A stretch of DNA of 64,000 nt, from contig CAVUGY010000017.1 in the NCBI GenBank assembly GCA_963741125.1, forward strand, positions 35,786 through 99,785. The letters are read 5' to 3'. Shown here in pieces: positions 10,290 to 21,003 of the stretch. The notes below the pieces were generated by a model. The model did no database searches and had not been told where the DNA came from. It saw only the letters and a list, made by a program, of their open reading frames with translations. The stretch is from an uncultured beta proteobacterium. Lineage in GTDB: Bacteria; Pseudomonadota; Gammaproteobacteria; Burkholderiales; Burkholderiaceae_C. Made by a program: the position numbers and the translations under genes. Position 1 is the stretch's first letter; each line of letters begins with the position of its first letter.

Positions 10290-13076
10290 TTGGGAGAATT
10301 CATGTTCAAACGGACAACGATTAGCCGCTGCGCGCTGCTCGCCTTGGGTGGCATTCTGCTGGTACCGGCCGCAGCTGTGTTTGCACAAGACCAGCGCATC
10401 GAAGTTACGGGTTCGCGCATCAAGCGCATCGACGCCGAGACGGCGTCTCCGGTCCAGGTCCTGACCCGTGAGGACATCGAACGCACCGGCAAGCAGTCGA
10501 TTCAAGAAGTGCTTCGCGGGCTGACTGCCGACGGCGTGGGCTCGATCCCCTCGTCGTTCACCAACGGTTTCGCCTCCGGCTCGGCCGCCGTTTCGCTGCG
10601 CGGCCTGGGTGTCAACTCGACGCTGGTGCTGGTGAACGGTCGCCGCATGACGACCTACGGCCTGGCCGACGACGGCACCCGCAACTTCGTCGACCTCAAC
10701 TCGATTCCGATGGAGGCCATCGACCGTATCGAAGTGCTGAAGGACGGTGCATCGGCCATCTACGGTGCGGACGCGGTCGGCGGCGTGGTCAATGTCATCC
10801 TGCGCAAGAACTACACCGGTGGGTCGATCGGCGCCACCTACGGCCAGACGGGCAAGAGCGACGGCCAGACGACGCGGGCGTTCGGTACGTTCGGCTTCGG
10901 CAACCTCGACACCGACAAGTACAACGTCTTCGTCTCCGTCGAGGCGTCGCAGCAAAAGAACATCTTGTCGATCGACCGCGGCTTCATCGGCGCAGAGCGA
11001 CCTCACCTCCCTCGGCTATTTCGACACCACGAATGGCGCGAATCGTCCGTATTTCGGTGCCGGGCCGACGTCCAACTCGCCGTACGGTGTGATTCGAGAC
11101 CCTGTGACAAACGCGCGTGTGAACGTGATTCCCTGCGCGGCCACCTTGATCGACCCAAGCACCGGCTTGTGCCGCTCCAACTTGACGGCCGATACCGAGG
11201 TGCAACCCGCCATCGACCGGTTGAACTTCTTCGGTCGCGGCACAGTGCAGTTCTCGCCCGCGCTGACGGGCTATGCGGAGTTGGGATACTTCAATACCAA
11301 GTCGAAGTCCAACGGCACGCTGGGCGCAAACAACGACACGGGCGTCTACTTGCCGGGCGATCCCTTCAATCCGCTTGTCACGCACGACCCCATGGTTCTG
11401 CCGGCTGCGCATCCCGACAATCCGTTTGGCGTTGATCGGACCTTGTTCATTCGTCCGATGGAACTCGGCGGGCGCGACCAGAAGACCGACAACGAAGTCA
11501 CGCGGCTTGTTGCGGGTCTGCAGGGCACGGGCTACGGTTGGGACTTCGACACCGGTGTGTCGTATATCAAGAGCAAGTTGAAGAACCAGAACTTCGGCTT
11601 CATCATCTACGACCAGATGCAGGCCGCTCTGAATAACGGAACCTATCGCACTGACCAACCCCAACCTGACGGCCCCCAGTGTGTTGGCGGCAATTTCGCC
11701 GACGCTGGAGAACGAGCCGACCAGCTCGGTCAAGTCGATCGACTTCAGGGCCTCGCGCGACCTGATGAAATTGGAGGGTGGGCCGCTCGGCTTGGCGCTG
11801 GGCGCGGAAGCGCGTTGGGAAGACGCGAACACGCCGGCTGTGCCCGGCACCGATACGGCCTCGATCGTCGGCCTCGGCTACTCGGCGTTCAATTCCAGCC
11901 GCAAGGTGCAGGCGATATTCGGTGAATTGAACGCGCCGGTGACCAAGTGGCTCGAGCTCAATGGTGCGCTGCGGTATCGACAAGTACTCGGATTTCGGCA
12001 ATTCGACGACGCCGAAAATCGGGTTCAAGGCGCAGGCAACGGACAAATTCGCCATGCGCGGCACTTATTCCGAGGCGTTCCGCGCGCCCGGCCCGGCCGA
12101 AACCGGCGGCTCCAGCTTCGGTTTCACGACCTACGGCATCCTGTCGCAGGGCAATCCGAATATCCAGCCCGAGACGGCCAAGAGCTACACCTTGGGGCTG
12201 ATCCTCGAGCCGCTGGCCAGCACGAGCATGACCTTGGACTACTGGAAGGTCGATCGCAAGAACGAGATCGTGCAGGCTGATCCGAACTCGATCATCCCAG
12301 CCGGCCAGTGCGTCAATGCCTGCGATGGCACATTGGGCATGCCGGATTTGAGAAGCGCGCAAGTTGCGGGTGCGCAGCCCAATACATTCATGTATTACGA
12401 CGTGGATGGCACCCTCGGTACCGTCACTGGCTTCTACCGGAACGCGGCGAAGACGAAGACCGATGGCATCGACTTCGAGTTGCGATACAAGCTTGGCCTC
12501 GGCGACGCCGGCAAGTTATCGGGTCAGTTGAACTGGACCCACGTCAACAAGTTCCAGCGTACCGACGCAGACGGCAATACCCTGGAATACGCGGGCACGC
12601 ATGGCCCGCTCGTGCAGAGCGCAGGTGGTGGTGCACCGAAGGACAGAATTGCCTTGGCCTTGACATGGGATCGTGGCCCATGGTCGATGACCGGGGCGAT
12701 CAACTACGTGGGTCCGATCAAGGTCATCGACCATGTCGGCGAAACGACACCCTCGGACGGTAGCGGCACGATCACCAATGGCAACACGGGTGTCACCTAT
12801 CCGGACAACGGGCAATACAACTGCGGCGTGTTCGATACGAACGGCAATATCACCGGTGGGTGCAAGCTGCCGGCGTTCACGACCTTCGACCTGTTCTCGA
12901 GGTGGTCGCCGATGAAGAATCTGGACATCAACTTCTCGATCCAGAACCTGTTCGACAAGAAGGCACCGTTCGATCCGTACCTCACGCTTACCTACGGCAT
13001 CAACTACAACCAGACCTGGCACCAGGCCGGCGCCGTCGGACGGTTCTTTACGGTTGGGGCGAAGTACAGCTTCTGA
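10290..13076 (+). CDS. TonB-dependent outer-membrane receptor (paralog 2); frameshifted at about 10990, 11690, 11990
   Basis: MFKRTTISRCALLALGGILLVPAAAVFAQDQRIEVTGSRIKRIDAETASPVQVLTREDIERTGK.., TLVLVNGRRM, IEVLKDGASAIYGADAVGGVVNVILR; C-terminal ..GRFFTVGAKYSF stop at 13076. Pieces lie in frames 10290, 10747, 11681 and 11961. Confidence 0.7.
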
Positions 13077-13104
13077 TATTCAGACCGTACCTACCACCCT
13101 CCAA

Positions 13105-13140
13105 GCCCGCCCGGTGCAAGCCGTGGCGGGCTTTTCTTCT
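13105..13140 (+). terminator. Rho-independent terminator after TBDR paralog 2
   Basis: GCCCGCCCGGTGCAAGCCGTGGCGGGC hairpin followed by TTTTCTTCT. Confidence 0.5.
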
Positions 13141-13161
13141 GGCCGGCGACAGGATGTGGGA

Positions 13162-13920
13162 CTACTTCGGCGCCAACCGTATCGCCCCATCCAACCGTAT
13201 CACCTCGCCGTTGAGCATCTCGTTGGTGACGATGGCTTGCACCAGCTTGGCGTAGTCGGCCGGCGTGCCCAGGCGGCTCGGGAAGGGCACGCCTGCGGCC
13301 AGCGCGTCCTGCACCTCCTGCGGCATGCCGAACAGCATGGGCGTGCCGAAGATGCCCGGCGCGATGGTCATGCAACGTATGCCGTTGCGCGCCAGATCGC
13401 GGGCGATCGGCAGCGTCATGCCGACGATGCCGCCCTTGCTGGCCGAGTACGCCGCCTGGCCGATCTGGCCATCGTAGGCGGCCACGCTGGCCGTGCTGAT
13501 CAGCACGCCGCGCTCGCCGGTAGCCTCGGGGGCGTTCTTGCACATCGCCTCCGCGGCCAGCCGCATCATGTTGAAGCTGCCGATCAAGTTGATGTTGATG
13601 ACCCTGGCGAACTGCGCCAACGGGTGCGCGCCGTCCTTGCCCACGGTCTTGACGGCGATGGCGATGCCGGCGCAGTTGATCAGGCCCATCAGCTTGCCCA
13701 GCGATACGGCTTTGGCCACGGCCGCCTGGCCGTCGGCCTCCTGGGTCACATCGCAGCGCACGAAAGCACCGCCCAGTTCACGCGCCAGGGCCTCGCCCTT
13801 GTCGGCCTGCACGTCGGCAACCACGACCTTGCCGCCTTCGCGTGCCAGCAACCGTGCGGTGCCTTCGCCCAGCCCTGACGCGCCACCGGTGACGATGAAT
13901 ACCTTGCCTGCGATGTCCAT
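13162..13920 (-). CDS. SDR-family oxidoreductase (3-hydroxyacyl-CoA dehydrogenase type-2-like)
   Basis: Intact 252 aa; Rossmann motif TGGASGLG at the N-term and catalytic YSASKGG (YxxxK). Confidence 0.8.
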   Translation of the reverse strand: MDIAGKVFIVTGGASGLGEGTARLLAREGGKVVVADVQADKGEALARELGGAFVRCDVTQEADGQAAVAKAVSLGKLMGLINCAGIAIAVKTVGKDGAHPLAQFARVININLIGSFNMMRLAAEAMCKNAPEATGERGVLISTASVAAYDGQIGQAAYSASKGGIVGMTLPIARDLARNGIRCMTIAPGIFGTPMLFGMPQEVQDALAAGVPFPSRLGTPADYAKLVQAIVTNEMLNGEVIRLDGAIRLAPK

Positions 13921-13935
13921 TGGCGGGCTCCCCGT

Positions 13936-14658
<723 letters not shown>

Positions 14659-15414
14659 TCAGGCCCCGAGCAGCCGTCGCACGCGTTCCAGGTCGTCTCC
14701 GGTATCGACACCGGTGCCGGGCGCCCGCTCGGTCACGTGCACGGCAATGCGCTCGCCGTGCCAGAGCACACGCAGTTGCTCCAGGGCCTCGATGCGTTCC
14801 AGCGGTGCCATCGCCAGCGTCGGAAAGCGGCGCAGGAAGGCGGCGCGGTAGGCATACAAGCCGATATGGCGCAACGGCGGTGGGTCGGGCAGGGCGCTGA
14901 CCCCGGCGGCGTGCCCGTCGCGCCACCAGGGCAGCGGGGCACGGCTGAACAGCAGCGCGCGGCCCGCACCATCCAGCACCACCTTGACGACATTCGGGTT
15001 CAGGTAGTCGCCCAGGTTGTCGATGGCATGGGCGGCCGTGCCGACGGCGCAATCGGGGTGGGCGGCGAGCAGGGTCGCGCAGGCGTCGATCAGCGCAGGT
15101 TCGATCAGCGGCTCGTCGCCCTGCACGTTGACGACGATCGCGTCACCGTCCAGCCCGAGCTGTGCACAGGCCTCGGCCAGCCGGTCGCTGCCACTGGCAT
15201 GGTCGGTGCGTGTGAGCAGGGCGCGCACCCCATGCTGCTCACAGGCCGCCACGATGGCCGCATCGTCGGCCGCCACCACCACCTGGCGGGCCTGCGACCG
15301 CGCTGCGCGTTGCGCCACCCGTACCACCATCGGCAGCCCGCCGATGTCGGCCAGCGGCTTGTTCGGCAGCCGCGTCGACGCCAGGCGCGCCGGGATGAGG
15401 ACCGAAAAGCTCAC
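14659..15414 (-). CDS. kdsB: 3-deoxy-manno-octulosonate cytidylyltransferase (CMP-KDO synthetase)
   Basis: [45 protein letters not shown]; intact 251 aa. Confidence 0.9.
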   Translation of the reverse strand: MSFSVLIPARLASTRLPNKPLADIGGLPMVVRVAQRAARSQARQVVVAADDAAIVAACEQHGVRALLTRTDHASGSDRLAEACAQLGLDGDAIVVNVQGDEPLIEPALIDACATLLAAHPDCAVGTAAHAIDNLGDYLNPNVVKVVLDGAGRALLFSRAPLPWWRDGHAAGVSALPDPPPLRHIGLYAYRAAFLRRFPTLAMAPLERIEALEQLRVLWHGERIAVHVTERAPGTGVDTGDDLERVRRLLGA

Positions 15415-15620
15415 TTCGGCTCAGCGTCGGAGCCCGGATCGTAGGGCTGCGCTTCGCCTTCGAGCATCACGGGAATGCCGTCCCGGATCGGGAACGCCAG
15501 GCGATCGGCCGCGCAGGCCAGCGCTTGCGGCCGGCTGTCGGCGTCGCGCCGCATCTGCAGCGGGCCTTTGCACAGCGGGCATACCAGGAGGTCGATCAGG
15601 CGATGGTCCAGGGCAGTCAT
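15411..15620 (-). CDS. Trm112/YcaR-family small protein (UPF0434)
   Basis: [22 protein letters not shown]...[17 protein letters not shown]; overlaps the kdsB start by 4 nt (coupling). Conserved lpxK-ycaR-kdsB arrangement. Confidence 0.7.
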   Translation of the reverse strand: MTALDHRLIDLLVCPLCKGPLQMRRDADSRPQALACAADRLAFPIRDGIPVMLEGEAQPYDPGSDAEPK

Positions 15621-15625
15621 GGCGG

Positions 15626-16708
15626 TCAGTGCTTGGGTGGGTGCGGAAAGTGGCGCTTGAGCGCGGCGGCAAAGGCCACTTCGGGTTCCAAGTCTAGCGG
15701 TACGACCCAGATGCGTGATTCGCAGCCTGCTGCAAGCAGATGCTCGGGCGTCAGTTTCACGGCATCTTTTTCGGTGATCACCACGTCGGGCGTATCCCGC
15801 CGCCAGGGCAGGCATTCGTAGGGCTCATGGTCGGGCAGCGCGCGGGTGGCACCCAGGGTGAGGCCCTTGTCGCGCAGCATGTCGAAGAAGCGCTCGGGGG
15901 CGGCCACGCCGGCAACCGCCAGCAGCGGCCGCCCCTGCAGGGCCTGCCAGCTATCGGGCGTTGGCGCGTGGCCCAGCCACCAGTCGGCCAGTGACAACAC
16001 GCCAGGATGGCGCCGCACGGCCATCCAGCCCGGCAGCGGTGTGCTCGGCCGCAGCGCGTTGTAGAGCACCACCGTGTTGGCCGGTCGTTCACGCGGCAAG
16101 CGCTGACGCAAGGGGCCGGCAGGCAGCAGCAGGCCGTTGCCGACGCCGCGTTCGTCGAAGACGATGATCTGCAGATCGCGCGCCAGGTGGTGGTGCTGCA
16201 GCCCATCGTCGGTGACCAGGATGTCGATCTCCGGGTGGGCCGCACACAGCGCGCGCGCGGCAGCCACGCGGTCACGGCCGACCATCACCGGCACGCCGGT
16301 GCGCCGACGGATCAGCAGCGGTTCGTCGCCGCAGTCGCGCACTGCACTGTCGAGTTGCACTTCGTACAGGCCGTTGCCCCTGCGACCGTGGCCGCGCGAG
16401 ACGACGCCGGGTTGCCAGCCCATGGCCTGCAGCAAGCGCACCACGGCGATCGTCGTCGGTGTCTTGCCGGCGCCGCCGGCAACCAGATTGCCGACCACCA
16501 CCACGGGCGTGTTCACGTGGTACGGCCGGATCAATCGGCGCCGCAGGCCCGCGAGGCTGCCGAACAGCAGCGCCAGCGGGCGCATGGCCTGGGCGGCAGG
16601 GGTCGGTGGTGTGGGCCACCATTGCCGCTGCAGGGCCTGGCTGAATCGCGCGTACAGGCGCTTGCGCATGCCGGCCTTGCGCGCGGCGACAGGCCCTTGC
16701 ACAGCCAA
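15626..16708 (-). CDS. lpxK: Tetraacyldisaccharide 4'-kinase
   Basis: PVVVVGNLVAGGAGKTP P-loop; ~360 aa; position between exbD and ycaR/kdsB. Confidence 0.85.
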   Translation of the reverse strand: MAVQGPVAARKAGMRKRLYARFSQALQRQWWPTPPTPAAQAMRPLALLFGSLAGLRRRLIRPYHVNTPVVVVGNLVAGGAGKTPTTIAVVRLLQAMGWQPGVVSRGHGRRGNGLYEVQLDSAVRDCGDEPLLIRRRTGVPVMVGRDRVAAARALCAAHPEIDILVTDDGLQHHHLARDLQIIVFDERGVGNGLLLPAGPLRQRLPRERPANTVVLYNALRPSTPLPGWMAVRRHPGVLSLADWWLGHAPTPDSWQALQGRPLLAVAGVAAPERFFDMLRDKGLTLGATRALPDHEPYECLPWRRDTPDVVITEKDAVKLTPEHLLAAGCESRIWVVPLDLEPEVAFAAALKRHFPHPPKH

Positions 16709-16716
16709 GGGTGGCG

Positions 16717-17151
16717 TCAGCGCGCGGCCGCGCCGTCGGCGCCGGTTTGCGCTGCGAAAGTGAGCCTGGCCAGGCCGGCGCGGCGCGCCGCATCGAGCAC
16801 GTTGATGACCGCCTGGTGCGCGGCCAGGGCATCGGCCGAGACGATCACCACCGGGTCTTTCAGCGACTGTGCCGCAGCGCTCAGCTCCGCTGTCAGGACC
16901 TCGACGCTGCGCCCGGCCAGCGCCTTGCGGTTGATCGCGTAGCGCCCATCGCCGGCCACCGCGACGATGATTTCGGCGGGGTGGTCGCGCGACTTGTCGG
17001 CCTCTGCGGTGGGCAGGGTGATCTGCAGTTCGGTGAACTTGGAGTAAGTTGTCGACAGCATGAGGAAGATCAGGACCACCAACAAGACGTCGATGAACGG
17101 GATCAGGTTGATCTCCGGATCCTCGTTGCGGTGCTTGCGAAAATTCATCAA
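16717..17151 (-). CDS. exbD: Biopolymer transport protein ExbD/TolR
   Basis: INLIPFIDVLLVVLIFLMLS TM segment followed by a periplasmic domain; 144 aa; overlaps the exbB stop. Confidence 0.8.
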   Translation of the reverse strand: MMNFRKHRNEDPEINLIPFIDVLLVVLIFLMLSTTYSKFTELQITLPTAEADKSRDHPAEIIVAVAGDGRYAINRKALAGRSVEVLTAELSAAAQSLKDPVVIVSADALAAHQAVINVLDAARRAGLARLTFAAQTGADGAAAR

Positions 17152-17777
17152 CTGGCCTTGACGGCGAAGCGCATCAAATGCGGCACCAGCCGCTCGGCGG
17201 CTTGCTCCATGTCAACGGTGAACTCGTCGATGCGGCCGCGAAAGTAGCGGTAAAAGAGCAACGAGGGAATGGCAATCATCAGGCCGAAGGCCGTGTTGTA
17301 CAGCGCCACCGAGATGCCATGCGCCAACAACGCCGGGTTGCTGCCGCCGCCCGGGGCCTGCGAGCCGAAGATCTCGATCATGCCGACCACGGTGCCGAAC
17401 AGCCCGAGCAACGGCGCCGCCGTGGCGATCGATCCCAAGGTGTTCATGTAGCGTTCGAGGTGGTGCAGGGTGACGCGCCCCGCGTTCTCGAACACCAGTC
17501 GCAGCGCACCCTCCGTGATGCGCGGCTCGGCGACGACGCTGCGCACGCCTGCCGCCAGCACCTGACCCAGCGCCGAGTTGCCGGCCAGTTTGTTGACCAC
17601 GTCCGACGACGGCAGGCTGGTGCGGGTGATCGAGATCACTTCGTCGAGCAACCGCTCCGGGGCCACACGGGCGCTGCGCAGGCTGATCACGCGTTCGATC
17701 ACCAATGCCAGGGCCACGATGGAGCAAATGATCAATGGCCAGATCGGCCAACCTGCGGCTTGTATGATCGAAAACAA
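17148..17777 (-). CDS. exbB: MotA/TolQ/ExbB proton-channel protein
   Basis: ..FSIIQAAGWPIWPLIICSIVALALVIER.. and LGSIATAAPLLGLFGTVVGMIEIF. The start is uncertain: a TTG at 17777 is proposed, but the ORF is open to 17948. Confidence 0.7.
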   Translation of the reverse strand: MFSIIQAAGWPIWPLIICSIVALALVIERVISLRSARVAPERLLDEVISITRTSLPSSDVVNKLAGNSALGQVLAAGVRSVVAEPRITEGALRLVFENAGRVTLHHLERYMNTLGSIATAAPLLGLFGTVVGMIEIFGSQAPGGGSNPALLAHGISVALYNTAFGLMIAIPSLLFYRYFRGRIDEFTVDMEQAAERLVPHLMRFAVKAS

Positions 17778-18130
17778 GATGTCCCCGAGAGTGGAAAAAG
17801 GGCCGCGAATCCGACCTGGTTCATGGACCGAGTCGACCGGCGGGGCCGCGCGATTATGGGCCCGCCGAGCGGCCGATTCGAAAGCGTTGGTCACGCCTGG
17901 GCAGGTGATGTGTGATCGAGGCGACGGCCCGGCTGCGGCAGCTGTCATGGCAATCCACTGCTGCTGTGGACAACTTTGTGCGTAACCTTGGATGCGTCGC
18001 GGCCAAGGCGCATGCCAACTGGGTGGGATACAGTTTGCTTAAACTTTCAGCAAGAAAAAGTCGTTGAAAATCAATCACTTGCATCACAATGACAAGGCTG
18101 TGACAGGCACAACACTGCGCCAGGCCAGGA

Positions 18131-19474
18131 TTGGCGCGGCTGTGGAGCACTGGGCCCTCGCCATTGCTGGGTTGGCCGGTGGTTGACGCCAACGCCCATG
18201 CCGCCGGAATGCGCGTTTGGGGTGTCGGCGCACTGGTGCTCGCGCTGGCCGATGCGCTCACTGCGCGCTTCGGTTCGTGCGCGGTGCGTGGCGAGTTGTC
18301 GGGCCTGACACGCGCTGCGAGCGGGCACTGCTACTTCACGCTCAAGGACGCTGACGGTGCGCAGGCCATGCTGCGCTGCGCGATGTTTCGCCGTGCCGCC
18401 ACGCTGCTCGACTTTGTGCCGCGCGACGGCCAGCAGGTCGAATTGCGCGGTCGCATCACGGTGTATGAACCCCGTGGTGAGCTGCAGTTTGTGGTCGAGG
18501 CCATGCGCAGCCTCGGTGCGGGTTCGCTGTACGAGCAATTCCTCGCGCTGAAGGCCAAGCTCGCCGGCGAAGGCCTGTTCGACGTGGCACGCAAGCGCGT
18601 GTTGCCGCGTTATCCGCAACACATCGGTGTCATCAGCTCGCTCGGCGCCGCGGCGCTGCACGATGTGCTGATCGCCCTCGCACGTCGAGCGCCGCATGTC
18701 CGTGTCGTCGTCTACCCGAGCCTGGTCCAGGGCAGCGAAGCGCCGGCTGCGCTGGTCGCAGCGCTGGCGCTGGCCGGCCGGCGGCGCGAGGTCGACACCT
18801 TGATCCTGGCGCGCGGCGGCGGTTCGCTCGAAGACCTGTGGGCCTTCAACGACGAACGGGTCGTGCGTGCGGTGGCGTCGTCGTCGATTCCACTGGTCTG
18901 CGGCGTCGGCCATGAAACCGACGTCAGCCTGGCCGACTTTGCGGCCGACCTGCGTGCGCCGACGCCGACGGCCGCCGCCGAACTGGCCGCGCCCGCGACG
19001 GCCGAGTTGCTGGAGGGCTTGCATTCCCTGGCCAGCAGGCTGTCGCGCGGCGTCGAGCGCATGCTCGGCGCCAAGGCCCAGCGGCTCGACCGCCTGGCAC
19101 CGCGCCTGGCGCCACCGGCGGCGCGCGTCGCCGCACAGGCGCGTCGTATCGACCAACTGGCCGGGCGCCTTGCCGCTGCTGCGGTGCAGGTCCGGCATAG
19201 GCGCGGCAACGAATTACGTGCCCTGGCCATGCGCCTGCGGCAGGGCTGCCACGCCAGTCAGACGGAGCAGCAGCATCGGCTGGCCACATTGGGTGCAAGG
19301 CTGCGCGCCCTCGATCCGCAGCGGGTCGTCGAGCGTGGCTTCAGTGTCGTGCAGACGCCGGCCGGCGAATTGCTGACCGATCCGCAACAACTGGCCGTTG
19401 GGCAGGCGCTGCAATTGACCATGGCCCGCGGCAGCGCCGAAGTGGCGCTGGCCTCGGTTCGCATCGAGCCATGA
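18131..19474 (+). CDS. xseA: Exodeoxyribonuclease VII large subunit
   Basis: OB-fold N-term ..VRGELSGLTRAASGHCYFTLKD.., catalytic core ..ILARGGGSLEDLWAFNDE..VGHETDVSLADFAAD.., long coiled C-terminal tail; intact. Confidence 0.85.
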   Translation: MARLWSTGPSPLLGWPVVDANAHAAGMRVWGVGALVLALADALTARFGSCAVRGELSGLTRAASGHCYFTLKDADGAQAMLRCAMFRRAATLLDFVPRDGQQVELRGRITVYEPRGELQFVVEAMRSLGAGSLYEQFLALKAKLAGEGLFDVARKRVLPRYPQHIGVISSLGAAALHDVLIALARRAPHVRVVVYPSLVQGSEAPAALVAALALAGRRREVDTLILARGGGSLEDLWAFNDERVVRAVASSSIPLVCGVGHETDVSLADFAADLRAPTPTAAAELAAPATAELLEGLHSLASRLSRGVERMLGAKAQRLDRLAPRLAPPAARVAAQARRIDQLAGRLAAAAVQVRHRRGNELRALAMRLRQGCHASQTEQQHRLATLGARLRALDPQRVVERGFSVVQTPAGELLTDPQQLAVGQALQLTMARGSAEVALASVRIEP

Positions 19475-19476
19475 AA

Positions 19477-19503
19477 GAAGCCGGGCCTGCAGGCCCGGCT
19501 TCA
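19477..19503. terminator. Bidirectional hairpin between convergent xseA and the membrane-protein gene
   Basis: GAAGCCGGGCCTGCAGGCCCGGCTTC perfect palindrome directly after the xseA stop. Confidence 0.5.
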
Positions 19504-19520
19504 TTGCAGTGCGCAGCTGG

Positions 19521-20099
19521 TCAGAGCCCGCCGTTTTGCTGGGCCACCATGCAGTACAGCATCGGCAGCGACAACAGGGTGTTGGTGCGCGAGATCAGCA
19601 TCGCCAGGCGCGCCGCCTTGGCCTTTTCCTCCGGTGTCACCGTCACGATGCCCAGCGCCTTCTTCTGGTTCGGCCAGATGATGAACCAGACGTTGAAGGC
19701 CATGATCACGCCCAGCCACATGCCTATGCCGATGGCCAGAAACGGCCGTTGCAGGGCCAGTGCCGAGCCGATGTAGCCGTTCATCCATGCCAGGGTTGCA
19801 CCCGTTATCAGCGTTGCCAGGGCCGCCCAACGAAACCAGAACAAGGCCTCCGGTGCAATCACCTTGCCGATGGCGGGTTTTTGCTCATCGGGGATCTTGG
19901 GCATCGACGGCATCTGCACGAAGTTGAAGTACCACAGCAGGCCGATCCACATCACGCCTGACACCACGTGCATCCAGCGCACGATGAACGCCCCCCAGGC
20001 GTGGCTCATCGGCACGTTGCCGACGACCAATGCAAGCAGGATCACCAGCACCACGCTGGCGGCGACGGTACGACCCAAGGATTGAAGAATGGCAGCCAT
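19521..20099 (-). CDS. Integral membrane protein of unknown function (4-5 TM; CopD/HemJ-like topology)
   Basis: 192 aa, hydrophobic segments VVLVILLALVVGN, VSGVMWIGLLWYFNFV, LATLITGATLAWMNGYIGSALAL, FLAIGIGMWLGVIMAFNVWFIIWP; no cofactor motif recognised. Confidence 0.45.
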   Translation of the reverse strand: MAAILQSLGRTVAASVVLVILLALVVGNVPMSHAWGAFIVRWMHVVSGVMWIGLLWYFNFVQMPSMPKIPDEQKPAIGKVIAPEALFWFRWAALATLITGATLAWMNGYIGSALALQRPFLAIGIGMWLGVIMAFNVWFIIWPNQKKALGIVTVTPEEKAKAARLAMLISRTNTLLSLPMLYCMVAQQNGGL

Positions 20100-20199
20100 G
20101 TCGGTGTATCTCCTCGTTGTTTGTGGACGCGGCGACTATAGCGAAATCGACGCCCATTCTTGACTTGAGGTCAAGCCGAGCGGGCGCTGCGCGATGTCT

Positions 20200-20670
20200 T
20201 CAACGAGGCGCAGCCTTGGCGGCAAACGGCGCGCCGCCGATCTTCGAGCCGGCCTTGATGCCGCGCTTGGTGAACCAGCCCTGGTTCATTTCCAGCACGA
20301 AACGCACCGGCCGGGTCGAGCAATGGCTGTCCAGCGTCTGCGGCTTCATCTCGTCGATGTTGACGACGCTGCCGTCGTCGGCCAGGAAGGCGATCGACAG
20401 CGGCAGCAGGGTGTTCTTCATCCAGAAGCATTGCGGCGAGGGCTCCTCGAAGACAAACAGCATGCCCTCGTGCTGCGCCATCTCGCGCCGGAACATCAGG
20501 CCGGTTTGACGCTGGTCGGGGGTGATGGCCACCGCGGCAAGAATGTTGTGCATGCCGGCATGCAGGGTGATGGCGGGAAGTTGCTGCGGCTCGCCCTGTG
20601 CAAGCGCGGCATGCATGGCGGCAGTCAGGGCCAGGGCGCCGAGGCGCAAAAGGATCGAGGGCATCGTCAT
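20200..20670 (-). CDS. DUF192-family (COG1430) secreted protein
   Basis: Signal peptide MTMPSILLRLGALALTAAMHAALAQ; core ..TGLMFRREMAQHEGMLFVFEEPSPQCFWMKNTLLPLSIAFLADDGSVVNIDEM... Confidence 0.6.
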   Translation of the reverse strand: MTMPSILLRLGALALTAAMHAALAQGEPQQLPAITLHAGMHNILAAVAITPDQRQTGLMFRREMAQHEGMLFVFEEPSPQCFWMKNTLLPLSIAFLADDGSVVNIDEMKPQTLDSHCSTRPVRFVLEMNQGWFTKRGIKAGSKIGGAPFAAKAAPR

Positions 20671-20753
20671 GGGTGCAAAGCGCAGGATTGTGCAGGTTAC
20701 AGGCTGCCCGCCGCCAGCCTTGTCCACAGCCGGCGCCTAGAATACGGCCGCAT

Positions 20754-20830
20754 CGGGGCGTAGCGCAGCTTGGTAGCGCGGCTGCTTTGGGAGCAGTAGG
20801 TCGCACGTTCGAATCGTGTCGCCCCGACCA
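20754..20830 (+). tRNA. tRNA-Pro (anticodon TGG)
   Basis: Cloverleaf: acceptor CGGGGCG/CGCCCCG, D arm GCGC-AGCTTGGT-AGCGC, anticodon loop TTTGGGA, T loop TTCGAAT, CCA encoded. Confidence 0.9.
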
Positions 20831-20852
20831 CCAAGCCCCTTACCGGGACCGG

Positions 20853-20929
20853 CTGCCCGTAGCTCAACTGGATAGAGCAGTTGCCTTCTAAGCAACAGGT
20901 CGGGGGTTCGAGTCCCTCCGGGCAGACCA
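20853..20929 (+). tRNA. tRNA-Arg (anticodon TCT)
   Basis: Acceptor CTGCCCG/CGGGCAG, D loop AACTGGATA, anticodon loop CTTCTAA, T loop TTCGAGT, CCA encoded; resembles argU-type tRNA. Confidence 0.9.
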
Positions 20930-21003
20930 TCCATCTTGCGGCAGGAAACCGGTATGCACCGCGGCCTAAACTGCTTGCCTCCTTGCTTCGCCTCGCGCTG
21001 CAA

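Noticed and set aside
10057-10464. ORF 10057..10464 / small upstream peptides within the TBDR leaders as leader peptides
   Set aside because: The peptide sequences are not conserved between the two leader copies even though the nucleotide sequence is, and the ORF runs across the TBDR2 start in a different frame.
20881-21003. In-frame upstream extension of the M16 peptidase ORF
   Set aside because: It overlaps tRNA-Arg, and the signal peptide begins at MPFIRIASLLL (21004).
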